Source of the DNA: Candidatus Multivorans sp.
GTDB taxonomy: Bacteria; Acidobacteriota; Thermoanaerobaculia; Multivoradales; Multivoraceae
DNA length: 64,000 nt
Assembly (NCBI GenBank): GCA_965224025.1
Contig: OZ245033.1
Location: forward strand, 2,368,001-2,432,000
Reading direction: 5' to 3'
In this document: positions 8,284 to 15,651 of the stretch, one piece after another
Numbering within the stretch: the stretch's first letter is position 1
How the letters are laid out: each line of letters starts with the position of its first letter
Made by a program: the position numbers and the translations under genes
Notes under the pieces: generated by a model
Database searches by the model: none
What the model saw: the letters and a program-made list of their open reading frames with translations, nothing else
What the model was told of the DNA's origin: nothing

Positions 8284-11243
8284 CAGGCCGCCCGGTCCGT
8301 GCGGTTGAGCGCCCCGCCGGGGCGCTGCTCGTCCAGCAACAACTCGCGGATCACCGGCCGCAGCGCCCGCGTCAGCCCGTAGGCCGCCTCGCGGCCGAAG
8401 GAATCGGGATCGTCGATGCCCGCGGGCGCCTGGACGGTGACGCCGCCGACATTGATCTCGATCACGCGGCCGCCGCCGCCGATCGCCTCCACGCCCAGAC
8501 GGCCGCCCACGCCGCGGCGAAGCGGCAGGATCGCCTCCAGACCCGCCTCGCCGGCGACGCCGCGGCGGCCGCCGCCGAAACCGAACTCGCTCCGCCGGTC
8601 GATGACGCCGCCGTAACGGAACGCCGTCGGCGGCGCCTGCGCGCGGATCGCGGCGATCTGGAGGGCGCCGGCCGCGGCGACCGCGGCGGCCAGGACGAAG
8701 TTGAGCGGCGGATCCTTCGCGAGCGCCCGGCTGACGCCTTCGGCCGTCGAGACGACGGCGGTTGCGAGCGACGCCGCCTTCTGAAACCGGAATGCGCGCT
8801 TGGACTGTCCGGCGAAGTGCCCCAGGCTCCCCGTGATGCGACGCAGCGCCTCGCCGGTCACGCCGAGCGCTTCGTCCAGGCCGCTTACGGATGCCGTGTA
8901 CCCAATCGTGCCGCCCGTCAGATCCGGCAGCATCTCCAGGCTGCCGGCGGCCGCCGTCTGGACCTTCTCTCGCGCTGCCGACTCGGCCTCCAGCGCGGTG
9001 ACGAGCTCGCCGCGGCGCAGCGTTTCCTCGTACACCGCGTTGATCACGTCCGGCGCCGCTTGCGGATACCGCTCCAGGATGTCCTGCAGCAGCTCCCGCT
9101 CCTCCCGCTCACGTTCGATCCGCTGGAACGCGACCTCCCCGCCCGCCGCGATGCGCGCGTTCTCGTCAGCGAGCTGCGCCAGGACATCGATCGCGGCCTG
9201 CCGATTCGCCGTCGCCTTCGCCTCGGCCGCCGCGAGCTTCTCCGCGGCCGCGGCGGCGCGCTCGTATACCTTCTCGACCGACGCATCCCGGATCCGAGCG
9301 GCTCGCTGCAGCAACCGCTCGCGCTGCTCGCCGTCCGCTACCGACTCGATTTTCCGGACGTTCGCCTGGTAGTCGAGCTGAATCCGCTCCCGCTCCGTCG
9401 CGAGCTGCCGCTCGAGCCTCAGCACTTCGGCCAGACGATCCCCCTCCGCCTCGACGGCGCGGTCCAGGTCCTCGGCTGCGAGCTCGCCGCCGCCGGATCC
9501 GAACTCGCGCGCGGCGAGCCTGGCGACCGTCACGCCGTCCTCGGTCGCGATCCTGATGGCCGAAACCGCCGCCGCGGCAGACGCCTCGACCAGGTCGACC
9601 TGGGCGGCCGAAAAGCGGCCGAGCCGCTGCCGGAGGGCGTCCAGATTGCCCTGGACAGTGTCCACCTCGGCCTCCGCCAGGGACACCCTCCGTGCGTCGA
9701 CGAGATTCGGATCGCCGCCGAGCCGGCCGCCGGCCCCGACACCGCCGATCCGCGCCCGCAGCAGACGGTCCCGGGCGTCCTCGAGCTCCTGGACAGCCGC
9801 GTCGATCCGGTCCTCGATGCCGATCCGCACCGCCTCCCGTTGCGCTTCGGTCAGTGCCTCCAGTTCCTCGCGGGTCTCTCTGATCGAGTCGCCCCAACGG
9901 TCAAAACCTTCCGGCAGAACGGCCAGGCTGTCGTCGAGATCCCGGTTCGCGCGCACGAGCTCGACCACGCCGTAGGCGGCGAGCAGCGCCAGGCCGACCG
10001 GACCACCCAGGAAAGCCATCGCGGCGCTCAGTCCGCGCGTGGCCGTCGTCGCAGTGCGCGTGGCCGCCGTGTACACCCCGGCCGCGACAGCTCCCCGCTG
10101 CTGAGCGATCGCCTGGGCGCGCGTCGCCTGGGCCGCGGTCAGCGCCGCGGGCCGCAGCGCCTCGAGTGCCCGGCGGCCGGCATCCGTCGCCGCCGCGTAC
10201 CGGAGCAGCCGAACAACAGAGATTGCAGCCGTCGCCTGCGCAAGCGCGGTCAACGCGCGCGGATTGATCGTCTCGAGCACGGACGCCACGCCGCCGAGAG
10301 AAGCGGAGGCTAGATCCGCGGCGAGCGACGTCTCCGCCGACCGCCCGATCAGGACCGTGAGAGCGTTGTCGATCCTCGTCCGCGCCTGGTCGAACGTCGC
10401 CCCGGCCCGGTCGAACTCCGCCTGCAGCTCCGGCAAGCCGGCCTCGATCGCCTCGAAGAACTCCCGGCTCTCCACCTCCCCGTCACGGACCTGTTGCCGC
10501 AACCGCGCCACCGAGCCGCCGGCGCCGTCAATGTGCCTGGCGGCCACCCGCAAGAGCACGGGCATGCCGTCGATCAGGCTGTTGAACTCCTCCGCCTCGA
10601 CCCGGCCGCTTCCGAGCGCCTGGGCCAGCTGCAGCAGCGATCCCCCCGCCTGCGCCGAGGAGGTGCCCTGCACCGCGAGAGACTGCGAGACGCCCTCCGT
10701 CACCGCGAGCAACCGCGCCTGCGACGCATCGAGTTCGGACGACGACAGCTCCAACCGCTGGTACAACTGGGCGACCCCGCCCAGTGAACCGCGGGTCCGT
10801 TGCGCCACGGCGTACACGGCCTGCAGCGTCTCGGCGTAGTTGCCCTCGGCCGCCGACGCCTGCCGCGCGCTGTTCGTCACCTGGGTGTAGGCGTCCGCGC
10901 GGCGGATCACCGATCCGATGCCGCGGCGGAGGACTTCCACGCCCGCAAACCCGGCCAGGTATCGGACGTGACGGCCATGAGCTTCCAGGAACGTCTTGCC
11001 GGCCCGGTCCGTCGCCTCCGTCACCTGGTCGGTTGCCCGCGCCATGCCCCGCGACACCGTCGATACGACCTGCCCCTGGGCCCCGTAGAGCCGGAACGCG
11101 CCGGCCGCGCCGCGCGATGCCGCGGCGCCCCGGACCTGGGCCGCCGACAAGCGGTTGACCTGGCCTTCCAGGGCCCTGATGCGGGGCTGGCCGTTGACGT
11201 CGACGTCGACGCGAATTCCCAGGCGAAGATCGCGCTCAGGCAT
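8283..11243 (-). CDS. Tail tape measure protein
   Basis: 986-aa Ala-rich helical ORF; QLAQALGSGRVEAEEFNSLID N-terminal domain; VAGEAGLEAILPLRR C-terminal motif. Confidence 0.92.
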   Translation of the reverse strand: MPERDLRLGIRVDVDVNGQPRIRALEGQVNRLSAAQVRGAAASRGAAGAFRLYGAQGQVVSTVSRGMARATDQVTEATDRAGKTFLEAHGRHVRYLAGFAGVEVLRRGIGSVIRRADAYTQVTNSARQASAAEGNYAETLQAVYAVAQRTRGSLGGVAQLYQRLELSSSELDASQARLLAVTEGVSQSLAVQGTSSAQAGGSLLQLAQALGSGRVEAEEFNSLIDGMPVLLRVAARHIDGAGGSVARLRQQVRDGEVESREFFEAIEAGLPELQAEFDRAGATFDQARTRIDNALTVLIGRSAETSLAADLASASLGGVASVLETINPRALTALAQATAAISVVRLLRYAAATDAGRRALEALRPAALTAAQATRAQAIAQQRGAVAAGVYTAATRTATTATRGLSAAMAFLGGPVGLALLAAYGVVELVRANRDLDDSLAVLPEGFDRWGDSIRETREELEALTEAQREAVRIGIEDRIDAAVQELEDARDRLLRARIGGVGAGGRLGGDPNLVDARRVSLAEAEVDTVQGNLDALRQRLGRFSAAQVDLVEASAAAAVSAIRIATEDGVTVARLAAREFGSGGGELAAEDLDRAVEAEGDRLAEVLRLERQLATERERIQLDYQANVRKIESVADGEQRERLLQRAARIRDASVEKVYERAAAAAEKLAAAEAKATANRQAAIDVLAQLADENARIAAGGEVAFQRIEREREERELLQDILERYPQAAPDVINAVYEETLRRGELVTALEAESAAREKVQTAAAGSLEMLPDLTGGTIGYTASVSGLDEALGVTGEALRRITGSLGHFAGQSKRAFRFQKAASLATAVVSTAEGVSRALAKDPPLNFVLAAAVAAAGALQIAAIRAQAPPTAFRYGGVIDRRSEFGFGGGRRGVAGEAGLEAILPLRRGVGGRLGVEAIGGGGRVIEINVGGVTVQAPAGIDDPDSFGREAAYGLTRALRPVIRELLLDEQRPGGALNRTDRAA

Positions 11244-11260
11244 CTGCTACGCTGTCCTCG

Positions 11261-11455
11261 ATGGCCCGGGACAAGATGGCGGAACGCTTCGTCGGCATCG
11301 GCACCGGCGTGGTGCTGGGCGGGCTCGTGCTCTCGGAGATCTGGCCGGCCGCCGGCGCGGCGCTCGTGTTCGCGGTCGGTGGCGCGCTCGCCTTTTCCGG
11401 CCTCTGCTTCCTGCTCGGCCTGATGGGCGCCCTTTCCGGCCCCGTCCGGCGCTGA
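11261..11455 (+). CDS. Small two-helix membrane protein (moron-like, opposite strand)
   Basis: Two hydrophobic segments; lies between the chaperone and tape measure genes. Confidence 0.5.
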   Translation: MARDKMAERFVGIGTGVVLGGLVLSEIWPAAGAALVFAVGGALAFSGLCFLLGLMGALSGPVRR

Positions 11456-11571
11456 CCGCGTTCTTCAGCCTGAGCCGGCATCGTCGGCCGCCTCGGTTGC
11501 GGCCGTCGCGGCCAGCAAACGCGCGAGCCGTTCGCGCGGTGCAGGGCCTGCAGACCAGCCCGATCGCATCA

Positions 11572-11967
11572 TCACCATTGCCTCCCCTCGTCAGCAGTCG
11601 CTCGGCGATCGAGCTCCTTCAGCACCGCGGCCTCGATGGCGCCCACGCCGGCGAACACCCGGCGCCAGCGCAGCCGCCGGCCGCGCCTCTCCATCCCGCC
11701 GCCGTCCGCCCTCACCGCCCGAAGCGCGGCCCGGACCGCGGCGTAGTCCAGGCCGACGTATCCCGCGGGACCTGTCCGCCACTGTGTCTGCGCAGCCAGA
11801 AACACCCGCACCGCATCCCAGTTTTCCGGCAGCACCCAACATGAATCGTCCTCGCCCGGGAGTTCGCCCTCGATCCGGATTCCCAGCGCCGCGGCGTCTG
11901 CCGCTACCTCGTCGCCCCCTGAGCGGCCGGCGCACCAGTGCCGTCCGACGGCACGGAGGTTTTTCCC
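11572..11967 (-). CDS. Tail chaperone GT extension (DUF1799-like), reached by -1 frameshift
   Basis: VLPENWDAVRVFLAAQTQWRTGPAGYVGLDYAAV; entered through slippery G GGA AAA. Confidence 0.8.
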   Translation of the reverse strand, partial: GKNLRAVGRHWCAGRSGGDEVAADAAALGIRIEGELPGEDDSCWVLPENWDAVRVFLAAQTQWRTGPAGYVGLDYAAVRAALRAVRADGGGMERRGRRLRWRRVFAGVGAIEAAVLKELDRRATADEGRQW

Positions 11968-12281
11968 GGCAGGCCAGCCTGGAAACGCGCGTGAGCGTTG
12001 ATCGCCGCGCGCACGAAGTAGGGAATCCGCGCCAGCAGAGCGATGGTCTCGGGCGTGCACTCCAGCGGCTTGCCCTCGGCGTCCGAGACTTCGTCCCAAT
12101 CGTCGATCGCCGCCGCGAGATACGCCTCGTCGCTCTCGAGAGCCAGCTCACGGGCCCGGTCCGCGGACAGCAGCCGGAAGTGCAGCGTGCATTCCTGGCG
12201 CTCCGTACCGCCGGACGTCGGGACGTCGATCGGCGCCGGCGTCGGGTACGTCGCGTACGGATCGGCCAACCTGAACGTCAT
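11904..12281 (-). CDS. Tail assembly chaperone G
   Basis: MTFRLADP...IDDWDEVSDAEGKPLECTPE...LPGKT; ATGA-coupled to the tube gene. Confidence 0.8.
   Translation of the reverse strand: MTFRLADPYATYPTPAPIDVPTSGGTERQECTLHFRLLSADRARELALESDEAYLAAAIDDWDEVSDAEGKPLECTPETIALLARIPYFVRAAINAHARFQAGLPGKTSVPSDGTGAPAAQGATR
11961..11967 (-). promoter_or_regulatory. Programmed -1 ribosomal frameshift heptamer G GGA AAA
   Basis: CCG GGA AAA ACC (PGKT); the -1 frame gives GKNLRAVGRHW, as in lambda G/GT. Confidence 0.8.
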
Positions 12282-13264
12282 CGGACCGACACCGTGATCT
12301 CGTCGTTGCCGGCCATCGGGAGCGCCCGGAACGGGATGCTCACCTGCTGGATGCCGCTGTCCTCGCCGTACGTCGGCTCCCCGATCTGGATGCGCGGACA
12401 GTCGATCTCGATCAATTTGCCCACGCTCGCGGCGGTGTCCGGACCGCCGTGGACGATCTCGAGCGCGTCCGTCGTGCCCGCCGCGGCCACGTCGAACGGG
12501 TTCCAGGTGGCGAGCGGCGACATGTCGAGCACGATCGTCCCGCTGGGATCGCGGTCCACGATCACCACCTCGTTGTCGGCGCCGATCACCTCGCGGTGCG
12601 TCACCTCGGCGGCCAGGTCGAGTTCGAACGACCGCATCTTGAGATTCGCCTGGCCGAACAGGCTCACGGTCGGCGTGTCCCGCGTCGACCCCGGGCGCGG
12701 CGCCTTGAACGCGGCGTAGTCGCCGGCGATCGCCGCCACGCTCGACGGAACCCGCCAGAGGCCGGTCAGCGTGAACCGCAGTCTCGGGATGTCCGCGGCC
12801 CGCAGGCTGAGCGCCACGCTGCCGCGGCAGCCGGCCAGCACGTGCTGCTGGCCGTCCCAGTTGCCGCGCACCGTCAGCGACGGCTCGGAGCCGGTGATCG
12901 GCTTGTACTCGACGAGGTTGTTGTGCGGATCGGCGGCGGCCTTCTTCTTCGAAGTCTCCGAGAATCCGCACGCGCGCAGCAGCCGGCCCCACCTCGGCGC
13001 CGTGATCGCCTTGGCGGCCGGATCGTATTTCCCGGGGCCGGCCAGCTCCACGCCGAACTCGATCTGTTGGTGGGTGTTGACCGGGATCTGGTCCGAGGAG
13101 CCGTAGTAGCTCCGCACCAGGTCACGGTCGGCCGTGCCGCCCGTCAGCGGCGTCAGCGACGGGTCGTGGGCAAGCATCGCGTCCGCGCCCGCCGTGGCCA
13201 CGGTGGTGCCGTAGACGGCCTCGATCGCCGCCAGGATCAGCTTTCGTCTCGCGCTCAGCGCCAT
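12278..13264 (-). CDS. Major tail tube protein
   Basis: MALSARRKLILAAIEAVYGT...ADRDLVRSYYG...; position upstream of the chaperones. Confidence 0.8.
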   Translation of the reverse strand: MALSARRKLILAAIEAVYGTTVATAGADAMLAHDPSLTPLTGGTADRDLVRSYYGSSDQIPVNTHQQIEFGVELAGPGKYDPAAKAITAPRWGRLLRACGFSETSKKKAAADPHNNLVEYKPITGSEPSLTVRGNWDGQQHVLAGCRGSVALSLRAADIPRLRFTLTGLWRVPSSVAAIAGDYAAFKAPRPGSTRDTPTVSLFGQANLKMRSFELDLAAEVTHREVIGADNEVVIVDRDPSGTIVLDMSPLATWNPFDVAAAGTTDALEIVHGGPDTAASVGKLIEIDCPRIQIGEPTYGEDSGIQQVSIPFRALPMAGNDEITVSVR

Positions 13265-13277
13265 GACCGTCCCTCCG

Positions 13278-13706
13278 TCATTCCTGCTCCACTTCCTGCT
13301 CCCGCAGCTCCGTCACGTGCCAGACGTCCAGCCACCACTGCTCCTCTTTCCTCGCGGCCGGCTGCAGCCGGCCGCGGCGGTGCTCCACCCGCCCCCACGC
13401 CGAGTCCGGCTGCCAGCCCAGCACGGCCCGGCGCACCTCGGAGCGGGCCGCCTCGATCTCCGTCGCGGCGCCCTCGCCGCGGTCGTCCCGCCGGTTGCGC
13501 GCCCTGAGCAGGACGCCGATCTCGACATCCACGACCTGACGGACGAGGCCGACGACATCCGAGGGGCGCGAATCGTCCGCCAACAGGAACACCCAGGCGG
13601 AGTCGCGTCGCGCCGACCGCTGCGCCGCCGCCTCGCTCAGGGCGCCGCGCACCTCGAGGTCCGTCCGCGCGCGCAGCCGCGCCGCGAACTCCGACACGAG
13701 GGTCAC
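13278..13706 (-). CDS. Tail terminator / completion protein (Mu gp37-like)
   Basis: ...VRRAVLGWQPD...WWLDVW; GTG start overlaps the upstream fragment stop. Confidence 0.65.
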   Translation of the reverse strand: MTLVSEFAARLRARTDLEVRGALSEAAAQRSARRDSAWVFLLADDSRPSDVVGLVRQVVDVEIGVLLRARNRRDDRGEGAATEIEAARSEVRRAVLGWQPDSAWGRVEHRRGRLQPAARKEEQWWLDVWHVTELREQEVEQE

Positions 13707-13810
13707 CGCGCATAGCCGCCCCCGGACGGCGAGTCGACGAAGCCGGCCAGCGACCGGCGCGTGAAGACGCGCTCCGGCGCGTCGATCCGGATGCCGCTGC
13801 CGGCGTCCGC
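13703..13810 (-). pseudogene. C-terminal remnant of a Mu gp36-like (DUF1320) head-tail adaptor
   Basis: ADAGSGIRIDAPERVFTRRSLAGF...YAR*; in-frame stop just upstream at the junction. Confidence 0.55.
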
Positions 13811-14347
13811 CTACTGCCGGCTGACTGGGTGCGCCGCGCAAACCTCGGACCCGGCGTCACGGTGAGGGCGGCCGGCCGCTCAAAGCGACGGAGCGGCTCC
13901 TACTCCTCGGCGCACAAGCACGTCAATATCTACGCTGGAGCGGACGACAGTACTCTGCTGCACGAGTACGTCCATCATCTCCAGGAAATGCACCCCGACA
14001 TCGACGGGCTGTTCTACGCCTTTCATCGCCGGCAGACACGAGCCGGGCGCGGCCGGTACGTCGGCACTTACCGGTTCAGAGGCTATGCCGAAACCGAGTA
14101 CGACTACCGCGGCTGGCCAAGTTACGGCAGTGTAGTCGGCGGCGTCGAGGCGATGGGGCGCGCACGCTACGGCCCACGACGAGGCGCTGCGGACGAAGCC
14201 GGTCTCTACGGACATCCTAAGGAACTGATGACGACAGCGCTGCGGTCCATCCTCACCGGATGGCCGCCTGGATCGCTGAACAAGATGATCATGGAAGATC
14301 GCGAACTCTTCGAGTTCGTCCTTGGCCTGCTAGGATGGGAACCGTGA
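13811..14347 (+). pseudogene. C-terminal zincin metallopeptidase domain of a MuF-like head protein (5' truncated)
   Basis: LLPADWVRRAN...LLHEYVHHLQE...PKELMTTAL; lies upstream of gpG as gpF does in Mu-like phages. Confidence 0.6.
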
Positions 14348-14718
14348 GGCACGCAATCGAACATGTCCGAAAGGGCGTCTGGGCACCGGCCGTCATGGTC
14401 TGGGACGACCTGGCCGGCACCCTTGAGTGGACCCGCGGACCGGACGTCGAGGACCCGATGAATCCGATCCTGATGCAGGCCGTGGTCGACTCGGTCGAGC
14501 GGGTCCGCAGAGAGGGCCGCATCGTCCTCCAGACAGAACCCGAGCCCCACCGCTTCGTCCTCGAGGACGCCGCCCACGACCCGGCCGACTTCCTGCGCCT
14601 GATCGACTATGAACAAGGCTGGATTCGCTGCGGCGACGTACGCCTGCCGCCGTCGCTCCAGGACGTTGAGATGACGCCGCCCGAGGTCTTCGATCTGCCG
14701 CCCGGCGTGATCGCCTGA
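14344..14718 (+). CDS. Hypothetical protein coupled to the MuF-like domain (possible partner/immunity)
   Basis: GTGA overlap; 124 aa ending LPPGVIA. Confidence 0.55.
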   Translation: MRHAIEHVRKGVWAPAVMVWDDLAGTLEWTRGPDVEDPMNPILMQAVVDSVERVRREGRIVLQTEPEPHRFVLEDAAHDPADFLRLIDYEQGWIRCGDVRLPPSLQDVEMTPPEVFDLPPGVIA

Positions 14719-14747
14719 CGGCCCGGGACTGAGGAGCCACGCCTCAA

Positions 14748-15206
14748 TTGACGACGATCGACATCACGGTCGACGACGACGCGGTCTCCTCGGCGCTCGG
14801 TCGGCTCCAGCAGCGCGCCTCCGATTTGTCGCCCGCGATGGCAGTCGTTGCCTCCCTGCTGCGCGAGAGCGCCGAAGAGAGTTTCGAGCGCCAGGCCGCC
14901 TCCGACGGCACGCCTTGGGCGCCGCTCGCGCCGGCCACGGCAGCCCGTAAGGCCCGCAAGGGCTACTCCCCCCTGGCACTTGTGCGCGACGGTTACCTGC
15001 GCAGCCTCACCGCGCTGTCGACCCCTACTACGGCCGTCGCCGGCACCAACCTCATCTATGCCGCCACCCATCAGTTCGGCCACGAGCACGACAACCTGTT
15101 CGGCCGCGGCATCGAGGCCACGATCCCCGCTCGCCCCTTCCTCGGCCTGCGGCGCGACTACGTGGACGACATCGTCGACGTCATCATTCAGCACCTCACG
15201 GCCTAG
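14748..15206 (+). CDS. Phage virion morphogenesis protein (Mu gpG-like)
   Basis: DGTPWAPLAPAT, GTNLIYAATHQFG, IPARPFLGL. Confidence 0.9.
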   Translation: MTTIDITVDDDAVSSALGRLQQRASDLSPAMAVVASLLRESAEESFERQAASDGTPWAPLAPATAARKARKGYSPLALVRDGYLRSLTALSTPTTAVAGTNLIYAATHQFGHEHDNLFGRGIEATIPARPFLGLRRDYVDDIVDVIIQHLTA

Positions 15207-15245
15207 AAACGTCCCGCCAGATTCCGCGAAATTCCCGTTGGTACC

Positions 15246-15336
15246 GCCAACACCCTGTTGACGCCGTCCCTTCGGTCGCCGATTTGCGCAGCGTTTCTCG
15301 CACGAGATCTCTGCGGGTTTCTCCAATTTCTCTACT
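15246..15336 (-). repeat. Right copy of the inverted terminal-like motif block
   Basis: Mirror of 580-662, including GCCAACA-CCC-TGTTGAC at 15246-15262. Confidence 0.7.
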
Positions 15337-15373
15337 GTGTGAGCCACTAGCTGAGCCGCCCCCCCGCGTCCGA

Positions 15374-15389
15374 CGGGCGTAGCGCAATC
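15374..15389 (+). repeat. attR-like 16-bp direct repeat
   Basis: Identical to 199-214. Confidence 0.85.
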
Positions 15390-15391
15390 AC

Positions 15392-15421
15392 TTGACACCC
15401 CAGCGCCTTCCGGTGTCTAAT
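15392..15421 (+). promoter_or_regulatory. Sigma70-like promoter of the aro-his-trp operon
   Basis: TTGACA (15392-15397), 18 nt spacer, TCTAAT (15416-15421). Confidence 0.6.
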
Positions 15422-15466
15422 CCGGCGTTCTGGAACACTTCGGTTCCCAGCGACCTTCGCCACGCC

Positions 15467-15571
15467 ATGAATACACCGGCCCGCGACATCGTGATCTCGA
15501 CCGTCTCCGTCGCTTCGACGACCAGCGTCGCGTCGAAGGTCTGGTGGGCTCACGGTCACGGCAAGGGCTGA
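15467..15571 (+). CDS. Leader peptide with WW and HGH control codons
   Basis: MNTPARDIVISTVSVASTTSVASKVWWAHGHGKG*, directly upstream of his and trp genes. Confidence 0.8.
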   Translation: MNTPARDIVISTVSVASTTSVASKVWWAHGHGKG

Positions 15572-15573
15572 AT

Positions 15574-15649
15574 CCGGGCCAAGTCCCGGTTCGTGGTCCG
15601 GGACGAGGGTGAACTAAGAAGACCTCCTTTCGGATCGAAGGAGGTCTTC
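15574..15649 (+). promoter_or_regulatory. Attenuator with SD-sequestering hairpin
   Basis: Perfect 12-bp stem 15618-15629/15638-15649 buries AAGGAGG 7 nt before TTG 15652; competing stems upstream. Confidence 0.75.
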
Positions 15650-15651
15650 CG

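Larger units (their letters stand above)
199..15389. mobile_element. Integrated defective prophage / phage-tail element
   Basis: 16-bp flanking direct repeats, integrase remnant, tail gene module; removing it joins fabF directly to the operon promoter. Confidence 0.85.

Noticed and set aside
15618-15649. Intrinsic terminator
   Set aside because: No U-tract, and the stem contains the SD, so it is better read as a sequestrator; Rho-dependent termination is not excluded
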